A model generated the notes under the pieces. It was not told the origin of the DNA. It made no database searches and saw only the letters and a list, made by a program, of their open reading frames with translations. A stretch of DNA of 64,000 nucleotides, from the NCBI RefSeq assembly GCF_009914755.1, contig NC_060933.1. One strand, 5' to 3'. The stretch is from the human T2T-CHM13v2.0 reference genome, Homo sapiens. Positions 1-27,220 of the stretch are shown in pieces (the stretch's first letter is position 1; every line of letters begins with the position of its first letter). Made by a program: the position numbers and the translations under genes.

Positions 1-76
1 GGAGGGGGAAAAACGCAAGTAAAAAATAAGTGATTCAAAAGTAGCAATTCACCATAATGCCTAAATTTGTGGGATT

Positions 77-388
77 GGCGGGGTGTGATGGCTCCCGCCT
101 GTAATCCCAGCACTTTGAGAGGCCAAGGTGGGTCGATCACCTGGTCAGGAGTTCGAGACCAGCCTGACCAATATTGTGAAACCCTGCCTCTACTAAAAAT
201 AAAAAATTTAGCAAGGTGTGGTGGCGGACACCTGTAGTCCCAACTACTAGGGAGGCTGAAACAGGAGAATCACTTGAACCTGGGAATCAGAGGTTGCAGT
301 GAGCTGAGATTGCCACACTGCACTCCAGTCTGGGTGACAGAGCGAGACTCCCTCCAAATAAATAAATAAATAAATAAATAAATAAAAA
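77..388 (+). mobile_element. Full-length Alu (AluS-like) with (TAAA)n tail
   Basis: Both monomers recognisable; TTTGTGGGA flanks it at 66-74 and 392-400 (target-site duplication). Confidence 0.95.
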
Positions 389-787
389 CACTTTGTGGGA
401 CCAATTCCAATTGAGTCCAGGGGAGCACACACTGGCAACAAACATCCTCCCTCAGGTCCCTTCAGGGTCGAGAGAGTGCATCTGGAACAGACTGGGAAAC
501 TCCAGCAGGCAAAGTAGGGTGTCAGGAATAGACACCACCTGACACATTCTCCATGTTCCCTCCACCCACCCCTCTCCCCACCAGTCTTCCATCGGGCTCC
601 AATTCTGCACTCTCCCCAATAACCTCAGATTGAAACATTGCAAGGAAGACACCGATACTCAAAGTCACAGGCTTAGGAATCTGAGCTACAAAGAAAAATG
701 AGTCCCTGCTCCCCCAACTGCATGGTACTCCCCTCAGCACTGCTGCCCTGCACCTGCCCCCTCCTCCATAATTTGAACTGTCCTCAC

Positions 788-809
788 AGAAGCTGGAGAG
801 ATGGCCCGC
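788..809 (-). other. Candidate 22-nt micro-exon
   Basis: Minus strand reads ctctttcctgacAG|GCGGGCCATCTCTCCAGCTTCT|GTgagg (pyrimidine tract, AG, GT donor). Motif evidence only. Confidence 0.3.
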
Positions 810-1609
810 CTGTCAGGAAAGAGAGGACCAGCATGTGGCAAATGCCTGGGGTATGTAGGAGCAGATGGTGAGATTAGCACAAGGATGTAAGAAACAAGTG
901 GCTCTCAGACCAAAGAAGACTCTGCGGGAGACAGAACATTAAGCCTTCATAGGGGCGTGCGCTGGACAGCAGCTCCCCAGTTACCGAAACAATTATCTGA
1001 GAAAGGCTCTGAGCTGACCCGAAACGCCCTTGGATCCCATGGCAACGCCTCAGCGTCTGGCAGTAATAGGCTTCTGTACCCAGAATCTCTAGGTCTGGAG
1101 GTCCCAACTCCACCAGCCTCTCACAGCCCAGAGGTACCTCCCATTGGCGCCTGATGGGTTTGGGAGGCTGTTCTTCCAGCTGTGACAGATCCAGCCTAGG
1201 AGCGCTCCTGGGTCTTCTCAGTTGTTTCTTCCCGCACACCTGCCACTCGAAGCCACAACCCACTTGCACGCCACCTTGAGGACACCTTAAAATGACCGTC
1301 TAGATCTGAACCTCGCTGAGGGAATGGTCAGTTTTACTCCCATTAGATGGCTTGGCCCAAAGGACCTAGCAACCACCCAGACAAAAATTTCTTCCTAAAA
1401 GCTGCATGTGTCTGTGGTCTCTAAGAGGCAAAACTAAACCCTAAAGAAAAAGCTAACCCACCCCCACCTCCACTGCAAAACAAAAACAAAAACAAAACCC
1501 ACCACCAACCCACCCTTCATGTGAGGGGTCCTTGAGAAGGGCCTCCCCAGCCAGGACAAGGCAAGGGAATCTGTGCACTTGGCCAGACCCAGAACACACA
1601 GTGTCAGGG

Positions 1610-1920
1610 ACCTGACAGTCACACTCTGACCCCATAGAATTTCCACCACTGACACACAGATCAGGATGTGTCAGCCTGAGAGATGACACCACAAATCTGG
1701 CTTTCACATATTGATTCCACACACATCCCATCACTGACACCAGATTCCCTCATCACTGACCCTACATACCCACAATCATTGATTCCATGGACCTCATCAC
1801 TATCCCAAAGACCACCCATCACTAATCTACAGATCGTCATCTCTCACCCCAGGGACCTCACAGATTCCCCATCCCTGATTCCAGGATCTATAGAACTTCA
1901 TCTCTTACCCCCACAGACCT
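1610..1920. repeat. Degenerate C-rich minisatellite-like tract
   Basis: Recurring catcactga(c/t), cagattccc and cccacagac words. Confidence 0.4.
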
Positions 1921-2323
1921 ATTAATAAAAGGATACATTCATAGGAGACTGTGTTGACCCTTTTACATACCCATTGCCTGTGTGTGCCGATTAATGGACT
2001 TAGGTAAACTTTAGCGTTTTGGTAGGCAACGCAATTTTTCAATGCCTTTTCTTTCTTTTTCTTGTACATCTTTAAAGGCCTTACTCCAGTAAGTGTGCAT
2101 TGCAGTTTATTAATGCCTATCCCTTAATGAGTCCTTGTCATGCATTTTTGTTATTAATCATAATTCACAATTCTTATAATTCAGAGACACCAGAGATTCA
2201 CATAAGAAGAATGGCTTTGAGTTTTTATTTATTTGTTTTTTTTTCTGTAGATTATCAAATTCATTCATTTGTATCAAGTCACTAAGTGTATACTTTGTTT
2301 TCTAAAAAAAAAAATTCCAATAA

Positions 2324-2614
2324 TTTTTTTTTTTAAGACAGGCTATCGCTCTGTCACCCAGACTGGAGTGCAGTGGTATAATCATGGCCACTGTAACCTC
2401 AGCCTCCTGGGCTCAAGTGATCCTCCCTCAGCCTATGTAGTAAGCTGAGACCACAGGCATGCACCAATATGCCCACCTAATTAAAATTTTTTTTGTAGAT
2501 ATGTGTGTCTCACTATGTTGCAGAGACTGGTCTTGAACTCCTGGGCTCAACTCCTTCTCCCACCTTGGCCTCCCAAAGTGTTGAGATTACAGGTGTGAGC
2601 CACTGTACTCAGCT
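2324..2614 (-). mobile_element. Alu (AluJ-like)
   Basis: Poly-T then antisense Alu with J-type gggctcaagtgatcctcc. Confidence 0.9.
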
Positions 2615-2739
2615 GATAAAATCTTAAAAGAGGAAAATACTTTGGGGCCTAATGTAAAATTTCCACTGAGATGATGCATCAGAAATTAAGGTAGAATAAG
2701 ATGGCCCTAGGGCATCAAAACAATGGAAACTAAATCTTG

Positions 2740-2962
2740 GGCTGGGTGCGGTGGCTCACGCCTGTAATCCCAGCAATTTTGGAAACCAAGGTGGGGGACT
2801 CACTTGAGGTCAGAAGTTTGAGACCAGTCTAGCCACCATGGTGAAACGCTGTCTCTACTAAAAATACAAAAATTATCCTGGAGGTTGCACTGAGCCAAGA
2901 TTGTGCCAATGCACTCCAGTCTGGGCAACAGAGGGAGATTCTGTCTCAAAAAAAAAAAAAAA
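2740..2962 (+). mobile_element. Alu with internal deletion in right monomer
   Basis: Linker aaaatacaaaaatta is followed almost directly by gaggttgcactgagcc at 2881. Confidence 0.9.
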
Positions 2963-3059
2963 ATAGAAGAAGAAGAAACAAAATCTTAATTTCTTCATCA
3001 AATGTAAAAACTATGGACTGGACTCTGGAGGAATAATACACAAAAAGACACATAGGCGC

Positions 3060-3392
3060 TTTTATTTTTGAAGTTTTATTGAGAAATATTGATAACATAC
3101 CACAGAAGCCACTGATTTAAAGTGTAAAATTCAATGTTTTTCAGTATATTTGCACTGTTATGCAAACATCACCACAATAAATTTTAGATCATTTTCATTA
3201 CCCTGAAGTAAACACCATATCCCTCCATTTCCCCCCAACTCCCCTAACCCTGGGCCACCACAAATCTACTTTCTGCTTCTATGTATTGGTCTATTTTGGA
3301 CATTTTATTTAAATGGAATTACATAACATGTGGTCCTTTGTGACCGGCTTCTTTCACTTAGCATAATATTTTCAAGGTTTATTCAATCTTGC
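3060..3392 (-). mobile_element. Old L1 (L1MB-like) 3' end fragment
   Basis: Typical antisense L1M 3'UTR words: aatctactttctg, aatggaattacataacatgtggtcctttgtgaccggcttctttcacttagcataat. Confidence 0.8.
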
Positions 3393-3797
3393 ATGTGCAA
3401 AGGGGGCACTTTACATAAGGATAAACCTGGGATGGGGGGTACTTACTGATTGATTTGGAAACTTCCCTCCAAAATTGTAAAGGGTTTCAAATAGAGGAAA
3501 AACCTATTCAGGCTAAAATCCTGTTTTCAGCAGTTTGTAATGTGGGGTTTTATTGCAAAGAATGGCAAGATTTTTAGGCTTATTTTCTGAAAATTCTCCC
3601 TGTGTTTGGGGAACAGTCACAGAATGTGGAGGAATGGGCTTCTAGGCTCTGTGGCTGGAGATTCGAGTCCAGGAGAACTCAGGTCCCAGGGTAGGCAGAG
3701 AAAAACAGTGTAAGAGTGCCAACAGAATGCTTTGAAATGGAAAATTTTAAATGTTCCCTCCAAAAGGAGTCCCAGATAACCACACAAAAGAGGACTT

Positions 3798-4303
3798 TGC
3801 TGGGCAGGTCCATTGCAATTGTTCAATAACAAGACACAGACAGACTGGGAAAGAAGGAAGTTTATTTCTGCAGCCACTTACAGGGAGAAGCGCCAGGTAA
3901 TTCACCAGATCAACTCAAAGTTACAAGTTTTTTTTTTCTAGTGCTTATATACATCTTAAGCTCCACGTGGGATTGCACCTACAAGTAGGAGTGTTTCATT
4001 CAATCAACATCTTATCTTTAACTCGGGTCTAGCGTCTGGAAAGATTTCTCTAGAGTCTTGGAAAGTTTCTGAATCTTAAGACAGGCCGAGGTCAATGTGT
4101 ACCAATGCTATCATTATTCGATCAGACTTTAGGATCTGAGAAAACCCAGGTGGGGTCTCAATGGGTTTGTTTTCACATTCCATCCCTGATACTCAGGCAC
4201 AAGTTTCTCCGTTTCTTTAACGTTAACTTATGCATTCATCAAAATTATAGTAAAGGGTTAGTAGAAACTGTTCTGGTTGCTATTGGAAACCTGGCCTGCC
4301 ACA
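3798..4303 (-). mobile_element. Solo ERV LTR (family unresolved)
   Basis: Ends in ggaaacctggcctgccaca (rc TGTGGCAGGCCAGG, LTR-like start); antisense polyA-signal-like tttattt near 3861. Confidence 0.55.
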
Positions 4304-4551
4304 CTGCCATAGGAACTGAAGCCCACTACAGAACATTGAAAATGCCTGCAAACACTGACTTTACTGACCAGTCAATTAAATTGCAGAAAAGCAAGCTCAC
4401 GCTGCCTCCCTGATCCTCCAGAATTGCTAGTTAGAAACGTGCACATTGTCCTAGGTTCAGTTTTGCAAAGATGGAGCCTGGCAGTGAAAGCATTTGTTTG
4501 AGTTCATGCGTTAAGGTTTGCTTTGTCTATTTCTTTTATATTTATTTATTT

Positions 4552-5625
<1,074 letters not shown>

Positions 5626-5688
5626 CTTGCAGTGAGACGAGATCGCGCACTGCACTCCAGCCCGGGCTACAGAGTGAGACTCTGTATC

Positions 5689-5724
<36 letters not shown>
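5626..5724 (+). mobile_element. Alu 3' fragment with long poly-A
   Basis: cttgcagtgagacgagatcgcgcactgcactccagc followed by a long A run. Confidence 0.9.
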
Positions 5725-5726
<2 letters not shown>

Positions 5727-6011
5727 GTGAATGAATATCTATTGATGCATGAAATGGCTGCATTAAAGGAAAACTAGCCAAGAAAAGACAAGGCAAAAAA
5801 AAGTCAAGGATCAGTATGAAAAATAAATATATTTTAAAAGATTTGTTTTTAAAGCAATAACACGGGTTTAAATTTTAAAGTGAAAGAAGTAGCTCCAAGA
5901 TAGAGGAAACAGGATGGCTTCTGAAGAAGGGAATGTTATTCTTTGAAATGGAAAGAAATTATGACAAGAGGGTAGCACAGACTGAAGAGGTGGAGGTAAA
6001 AGGGGGTTCTC

Positions 6012-6305
6012 GGCCAGACACAGTGGCTCACACCTGTAATACCAGCACTTTCGGAGGCCAAGGCAGGTGGATCACCTGACGTCAGGAGTTCAAGGCCAGC
6101 CTAGCCAACATGGTGAAATGCCGTCTCTACTAAAAATACAAAAATTAGCTGGGCATGGTGGCAGGTGCCTATAATGCCAGTTCCTTTAGAGGCTGAGGCA
6201 GGAGAATCGCTTCAACCCGGATGCGGAGGTTGCAGTGAGCCAAAATCGCATCACTGTTCTCCAGCCTGGGTGACTGAGCAAGACTCTCTCTCAAATTAAA
6301 AAAAA
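6012..6305 (+). mobile_element. Alu (AluS-like)
   Basis: Full dimer consensus. Confidence 0.92.
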
Positions 6306-6488
6306 TTTTAAAAAAGAATGTGTTTGTGGGTGGTGGGGTGGTATCTTGACTTTTCTCCATGTGTCTTAGGCCACAACTCTTACATGGGACCTTGCAGAAG
6401 AGATTCCCCAACCAATACCTTTACGGCGCTGCCTCCCTGATGGGCTGGGTTCTAAACAGCAGTGCCTTCCCCATCTGCTCAGTCCTTA

Positions 6489-6593
<105 letters not shown>

Positions 6594-6596
6594 TTA

Positions 6597-6902
<306 letters not shown>

Positions 6903-6913
6903 AAGAAAGAAAG

Positions 6914-6960
<47 letters not shown>

Positions 6961-7035
6961 AGGAAGGAAGGAAGGAAGGAAGGAAGGAAGGAAGGAAGGA
7001 AGGAAGGAAGGAAGGAAGAAAAATAGAGAAAGAAA
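6903..7035 (+). repeat. Compound microsatellite (GAAA)n-(GGAA)14 in Alu tail
   Basis: 14 uninterrupted GGAA units at 6962-7017, preceded by GAAA units. Confidence 0.95.
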
Positions 7036-7319
7036 AGTAAGACATACTCGTGCTGTTCCTGAATTCAAAGTTAGTCCCTTAGTAGTCACGAAGGACTAGA
7101 GGAAGGTGTAAAGGTCTGAAGCATGGAGAAGATGGAGGGACCCCAAAGAGCTGCCCATCTATTAATCTACAAAACACAAAACAATTCCCTAAGCAGCAGG
7201 TGAAAAGTCACCCAGACAAGTGAAAGCTACACCCAAAATTCATGAGTTATTTGGGGATAGACATCCTTACCTAGTGAGACCAGGCTGCTATAGTTCTCCA
7301 TCATTACATCTCTGTATCA

Positions 7320-7430
<111 letters not shown>

Positions 7431-7793
7431 TTAAAGGAAAGATTTTTAAGATGAAGGAAGAGATGGAAGGGTGCTGAAGGATGGAGAGAATACAGTGAGC
7501 AGACCAGCTAGGCTGAGAGTGGGGAAGAGTAAAAAAATTAGTGTAACTTCAACAAAGTACCTCCATGTTCATGAATATTCCTGTTGTGGCCGGCAAACCT
7601 CCTTCATAGAAAGGGACATTCCCAGTGTTCCATGGTTAGAGCTGGGAATGAATAAATACATTGATATATGATTTCCCAAATAAATGAAATAGAGTTGAAA
7701 AGCACACAGCAAGCTGTAGGCCTGGCAAGGCTTCAAGAATATTACAGTAAACATCTGATATGCAAGTTACTATTTACAACAAAAGCTTAATAA

Positions 7794-9223
<1,430 letters not shown>

Positions 9224-9236
9224 AGAGTGGGTATCA

Positions 9237-9491
9237 TGGTAGGAATAAACTGCACACAGGTCAGACAAAAGTTACAAGGCCATCTGCTAGTATAAACAAG
9301 TTTCCTGTGAGACACCTGGTCATGGGTCAGATACTTGAGCATTAGGCTGTGGTCCAGAAAAAAGAAATTTCTGGTGAAAGGCTACTCTAAAGACCCACAG
9401 GCCCCTCCCCTAGAGCCCCATTAGAGTGAGGTAGAGTTTATAGCCATTCTCCTGAGAGACCTCAAGACCCAATTAGAAGAAAACTATAACA
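9237..9491. mobile_element. LTR fragment (MER39/MER21-like, tentative)
   Basis: Resembles ERV LTR end (ttctcctgagagacctcaagacc...ataaca). Confidence 0.35.
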
Positions 9492-9675
9492 TTTGTTATA
9501 TAGAAGGCATTTTCCAAAGACTAGTTCAAAGATGAAAGATATAGTCTTCCTTTGGATATAAAACAAAATCTCAAGTTACACCAAAACTGTTTTGCTTTTA
9601 CTGAATAATTTTTGTGCATATGTGTTTAGCTGCAAGTGGCTAACAAGCTGTGATTTTCTTTCCTTTCCTTTCCCT

Positions 9676-9935
9676 TTTTTTTTTTTTTCTTGAGACAGCC
9701 TTGCTCTGTCAACCAGGCTGAAGTGCAGTGGCCTGATTTTGGCTCACTGCAACCTCAGCTTCCCATAGCTGGGATTACAGGTGCCTGCCACCACACCCAC
9801 CTAATTTTTGTATTTTTAGTAGAGATGGGGTTTCACTGTGTTGCCGAGGCTGGCCTCGAAATCGTGGCCTCAAGTGATCCGCCCACATTGGCTCCCAAAG
9901 TACTAGGATTACAGGCATGAGCCACCATGCCTGGC
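9676..9935 (-). mobile_element. Alu with small internal deletion
   Basis: caacctc joined directly to agcttccc. Confidence 0.88.
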
Positions 9936-10536
9936 CAACTCTGATTTTTTAACTTGTCTCGTGTATTAGGTTCATACTAGGAAAAAAACAGGTCAGAGCC
10001 ATTGGAGCCACGTGTACAGATGTGCAGTAGCTCTGCTAGCAACACTGCTGCTTGCTTCAGCTCTTAAGACAGATGAATTTAGCACGTGTCTGCCCTTGCT
10101 CTAGCTGTCTCTGATTCACCCCAACAGATGCACAATCATGTCACTCCGTTAGATTCACTTTGGATATCCCATTATTAGATTAAAACCAGCAGGCCAAAAA
10201 GATAACTTGAGGAAATGATTTCACATCCACAGTGTTCTCATAGGGCCAGTATCATTTAGACATGTCAGGACCGTGGTTGCAGGGGAAAGAATGAAGTGTC
10301 GTCCTTAACTGGCCATCTAATGTCATCAGCATGAACAGGAGGACTTTATAGGATATTATCTGATGTTTTCTGAATATTACCTTACAAATGCTGCTTTATT
10401 TATAGCTTAAGAGCAGGGACCCTGTCTTTTAAAGCTTTATACATCCTCAAGTAAAGGTTTTTCATATTAAATCCATTAATAATATCTAAAGGCCGACCTG
10501 GAAATTCCATTTCTAAGTATTCATCCAAAGTAAAGA

Positions 10537-11840
<1,304 letters not shown>

Positions 11841-12052
11841 GAATTTCTATTTGGGGGACAAAATAAAAGAAATGGAGTGAAAGGGATGTAAAGAAATTGA
11901 AAGTCAACAGGCTAATAATGCCAATAAATAATGATGGAGCAAAGAAATCAGTATTGGCCAAATAAAACCAATGTGTTTTTTAATATTTTTTCAAAATTTA
12001 GACAAAGCTTTCCAGTACACTGAGACACTTCTAATATCAAGACTTTAATATT

Positions 12053-12412
12053 GCCTGAGTACAGTGGCTTATGCCTATAATCCCAGCATTTTGGGATGCC
12101 AAGGCAGGAGGATCGCTTGAGCCCAGAAGTTCAAGTCAAGCCTGGGAAATATAGGGAGACATAGTCTCTGCAAAAATAAAATAAAATAAAATAAAATAAA
12201 ATAAAATAAAATAAAATAAAATAAAATAATAAATAAAATAAAATAAAATAAAATAAACAAAATAAAATAAAATAAAATAAAATAAATAAAATAAAATGAA
12301 ATAAAATAAAATAATAAGCCAGGCATGGTGGTATACATCTGTGAGCTGTGACAACCCCACTGCACTCTAGGATGGGTAACAGAGCAAGAAAGACCCTGTC
12401 TCAACAAAAAAA
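12053..12412 (+). mobile_element. AluJ-like element with expanded (TAAAA)n central linker
   Basis: Left monomer, about 140 bp of pentanucleotide repeat at 12174-12315, then an internally deleted right monomer. Confidence 0.9.
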
Positions 12413-12870
12413 ACTAGAATATAGAATAAATGACATTTGGGTAAGTGGAATATTAGGTGTTCAACAAACACAGGTTATTCCCTCCCTATCTCCACAGAAT
12501 CATCAATTTTTTTAAAGGAGAAGTTTTGATTAGAATCTAAAAATATCAATACTTCTCTTTCCAAAAAAGGAGGGAGGATTTAAATATAACAATTTCTTGG
12601 TTATTTCTATTTATTTTCATTGTTGCTTAATATTATTCAGTAATGAAAATGCAATTGCTCTCTTTCAAACATAGTTTTAACTAGTTGCACAAAATGCCAC
12701 CTTGTAGTCTGAAGTACTTCAAATTTCCCTATCTATGAAAGCTAAATTTGGATATTATCATCTCAAGGATATTATAATCTCTGTGTTTAAATCTATCTAG
12801 GGTTCTACCTTTTCTGTAAGCCTTAGTGAATCTCACTATAGTCCTCCTTCCCTTTAAAAATGCAGTGATA

Positions 12871-13745
<875 letters not shown>

Positions 13746-13799
13746 AAATTCAGTGATGGAGTTGATGGATTTGAGGTTGAGGACCCCCAATGTGAACCC

Positions 13800-14935
<1,136 letters not shown>

Positions 14936-15208
14936 GAACCGTATGAGTTTTTAATTCAATACAGACATGGAAACTGGCCCAAGCATTTACTCACAGATGA
15001 CTGGGCAAATCACTGGTCCTATGGGTACAAATTATTGATCAAACCCCCAATCTCATTCCTACCCCTAAAATATAGCAAAGTGCAAGATCTTATTACCTAT
15101 TTGGACTGAGATTAACACCATCCCTTAAATTGCATGGCTTTCAATCCCAGGGCTATGGCATGTGATGCCACATAGAATATGCATGAATCTTCTCTCCAGC
15201 AATTGAGT

Positions 15209-16209
15209 TGTTAGGATAAAGGCTCTTGTCTTTGCCTTCTTTCCCTCACAGCCAAGAATGTTAAGGAACGTGGACACAAAGGATGAGGTTGGAACAGAAG
15301 TTTAATATGCAAAAGAAGAAAGCTCTCCCCAGCGGAGAGGGGACCCGAAAGAGGGTTGCCAACTAGGAGGCTGAATCTGGGGGTTTTGTGAACTGGGAAG
15401 GGGAAGAATGTGCTCACTAGTCTGTGAGCTGTCTCGGAGAAAGCACAACTTCGCTTGGCCCGGGACCTTAGCTTGGGACCAACCAGAGGCTGAAGTGAAA
15501 TTTTGGCCCAAGACCAATCAGGGGCTGAAGTGAAAGTTTGGCCCAGGACCAATCAGGGGCTGAAGTGATGATTCATAGAGGCTCGGCTCACAGTCCAAAG
15601 CATGTCCAGAAAAGGAAAGTGGTCACCAGAGCCTGTTAGTCCAAGCTGCACCGATTTGTAAGCCCCCACCATTTCACAGACTCTGGTCAGAGGGAAACAG
15701 TCCACTGGGGTTTGGGCTGCGAGAAACATCCTCCCCAACCGCCTGACTTCCTTATCACATCCTGCTGGGGAAAGGCCCAAGAAACATCCTTATCAACATT
15801 CTCCCAGGCAACAAGCTATACTGCCCAGATCCCTCCTGCCCAGGCCTATAATTACTCCAGCCTGTAAGCGGCAGTGGGCTCTGGCATTTAGTTGGTCCCC
15901 TCCATAGAGCTGCCAACTCTCTCTCTTTCTTTAACCTTCACCTTCCCTTCAAAATCTAACAGAGCCCACCATATACATGCCCACAAAAAAGCGACTATTT
16001 CCTGGAAGCCCGCTGGTCACACAAAGGACAAAGGCATTTCTATGTTGGGCCTCGGTCCCTTATCAATGCAGCTGAGGAATGTCTTTAGGACAACCCCCTT
16101 TGCTAGTTTTCCTTCTCTGTGCCTGCAGCCTGATTTTTCAGGCTGTTTCTCTGTTGAAAGGAGTTTTACCAAGGACCCGCTCTAACTCCCTAAAGGGTTT
16201 TTTCTCTCA
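15209..16209 (-). mobile_element. ERV1 solo LTR (MER50/MER61-like) with three ~35-bp CCAAT-type repeats
   Basis: TG...CA termini; rc start tgagaga...aaacagcctgaaaaatcaggctgcaggcacag; repeats at about 15475-15570. Confidence 0.65.
15634..15961 (+). mobile_element. Nested solo LTR, 328 bp
   Basis: TGTTAG...CTAACA inverted termini; perfect 5-bp TSD GAGCC at 15629-15633 and 15962-15966; TATA-like ctataa at about 15846. Confidence 0.8.
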
Positions 16210-16260
16210 AGGGGACACACAAATTTCCAATCGCACACATGCCTCCCTATATCCACTTAC

Positions 16261-17380
<1,120 letters not shown>

Positions 17381-17769
17381 AGCATTTTCCGATTCATATG
17401 AGAAAATGATAGTGCTGAGATTTCAGGCGTGAGCCACTGCACCCAGCCCCAAACCAAGTTTTTATAGCAGCAAGAATAGATACTCTGGTATGGTCAGCGT
17501 CTAAAGATTTTACAAACAATATCTCTTCTTTTAGTTTGCAGTCATTATTGAAATAACAAACATGTCCTATTGTCAGGCCTTACTCTCAGTAACTGATTTC
17601 ATTGATCTGAATAGGAAACTTACTTGATTAATCAGCTACTCTTTGGTATTACCTGACATCTCATTAATGCATCTTTGAATTGAATTATTGCTCAATAGGA
17701 GTGATTGTGAAATAGTGGTAATGTGTTACATCACTATTGAAGTTACCGTCTCTCATGTGAGTCTTGTGA

Positions 17770-22375
<4,606 letters not shown>

Positions 22376-22512
22376 GTGAACTGTGACCATTTTGAAAGCC
22401 ATGATTTATGGGAATAGCAGTTATTTCTCTTTGTGTAAATAAACAGAGGCCACCAAAATAAGAACAAAGAGAGGCTTATGCATACAGAACTTGCTACAGA
22501 GTAAGGGATCCA

Positions 22513-23770
<1,258 letters not shown>

Positions 23771-23837
23771 GAGGTATAAGTCTAATTGTTGAATGTTGTG
23801 AATAGTAACCAACAGAGCCATTGAAAATAGTGAGAGT

Positions 23838-24647
<810 letters not shown>

Positions 24648-24821
24648 TTATAAATAGTTTAGAAAATTTAAATATTTGATTATTCAGAAAGTAGACTTGG
24701 GACTATTGGAGAAACAGGGTGGGGAGTAGACTGCATGGAGAGCTCTTTCTTAGTGTGGGATTTTCAATTATGCACATAGGTTTCTTACATAACATGGAAA
24801 ATTCAATTAAGAAACAACATT

Positions 24822-25362
24822 GTGTTTTGGGGTCCCAAAAGTTCAGTGATTGATTAGAAGGACTCACAAAACTGAGTCAAGCTGTTATACTCATAGTTAT
24901 AGTTTATTACAACAAAAGGATACAGATTAAAATCAGCAGCAGAAAAAGGTGCATAGGGCAGAGTCCAGGAGAAACCAAGCACAAGCTTCCAGTTGTCCTC
25001 TGCCAGTGGTATCATGTGAACAGTGCTTAATTCACCCAACGATATGTGGCAGAAAGTACAGAAAATACTCCCCAACAAGAAGCTTACCTGAGTCTTGGGG
25101 TTGAGGGTTTTACTGGAGGTTGGTCTCATGGACAAGAGCACCCATTTGGATGACCTTAGTTTCCTGTCTCCACCCTTCCCAAGGTCAAGCTGACACTGCA
25201 TGGTCCAAGGTCCCCACAATAAATCACATTGTTAACTCCCACATAGGCAGGAGATTCCAAGGACTTAGAGGTTATTTCCCAGGAGCCGGGCTAGAGTCAC
25301 ACCATTCTTTGGAGTATGCCAGGTTTGGGCAATTCAGGCCTACTAAGTTTCCTTGACTGCAC
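24822..25362. mobile_element. MER21C/MER77-like LTR
   Basis: gttatactcatagttatagtttattac...aggatacagattaaaatcagc...gcatagggcagagtccaggaga. Confidence 0.65.
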
Positions 25363-25420
25363 CCAAGTGATAGTGAGTATGTAGGAAATGAGTAGTCGCA
25401 TATATTGCTGGTGAAATTAG

Positions 25421-26116
<696 letters not shown>

Positions 26117-26462
26117 TTATTGTATGTATGTGTATATACACATATTAAATATATATACATATATTACATTTTATACACATACATTTGTTTCCTCATGCTA
26201 TTTGTTTCAGCAGAAGTAAAAATTAATAAAGGTATAAGTAAAAGAATATTTACAGAAGCACTATTTTTGGTGGCAAAAGTACTTTAGCATTTTATACGCT
26301 GATATAATGGAAGATACTTTAACTCTTACAAATAATGAGTTAGCTTTTTATCTACTATAAAGATATCCTAATATCTTTATACCTAAAGTGATATCAATGG
26401 CAAATTGTTATATGAAAAAGGAGAATGCTTTATAATTGAAGAAAAAAAGAAAGAAACGTTAT

Positions 26463-26770
26463 ATAGTAGCCCTCCCTTATCTGCAGGAGATGTGTTCTAA
26501 GACCCGCAGTGGATGCCTGAACCTTGGCTATCCAAGGCTATCCAATGCTATCATTGACCCAATTGCTGTCAATCAGAACACATTTCTGTCTATGATTTCC
26601 ATGCACAAATTTAATGCCTTTTTCATCTTAACTAAGTACTTATCACACATGTGGCTGTATTTTTAGAGCTTGGGGTGCAACAAACAAGACTAACAGAAAT
26701 TTCTTTTTCCTTCTTACATTTTCACCGCTAGAGGATTTGTTCTTACCATCGATCCTAGCAACCTGAGCAC
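26463..26770 (+). mobile_element. TcMar-Tigger DNA transposon fragment
   Basis: Start tagtagccctcccttatctgcaggagatgtgttctaagacccgcagtggatgcctga resembles Tigger terminal sequence. Confidence 0.6.
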
Positions 26771-26924
26771 ATGACTTCTTTTTCTTTCTATTTTTTTTTT
26801 CTTTCTTTCTTTCTTGGTTGCTTGCTTGCTTGCTTGCTTTCTTGCTTCCTTTCTCTGTCTTTTTTTCTTTCTTCCTTTTTTCTTTGTTTCTTTCATCTTT
26901 TTTTCTTTCTTTCTTTCTTTCTAT

Positions 26925-27220
26925 TTATTTATTTATTGAGATGGAATCTCACTCTGTCGCCCAGGTGGGAGTGAAGTAATGCGATTTCGGCTCCTTGTAA
27001 CCTTCATCTCCCAGGTTCAAGTGATTCTCATGCCTCCACCTCCCAAGTAGCTGGGAATACAAGCGTCTGCCACCACGCCCAGATAATTTTTGTGTTTTTT
27101 GTAGTGATGGGGATTCACTATGTTGGCCAGGCTAGTCTTGAACTCCTGACCTCAAATGATCCACCCAGTTCAGTCTCCCAAAGTACTGGGATTACTTGCA
27201 TGAGCCACCGCACCTGAGCT
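26925..27220 (-). mobile_element. Alu preceded by CT-rich tract (26775-26925)
   Basis: Consensus match. Confidence 0.9.
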
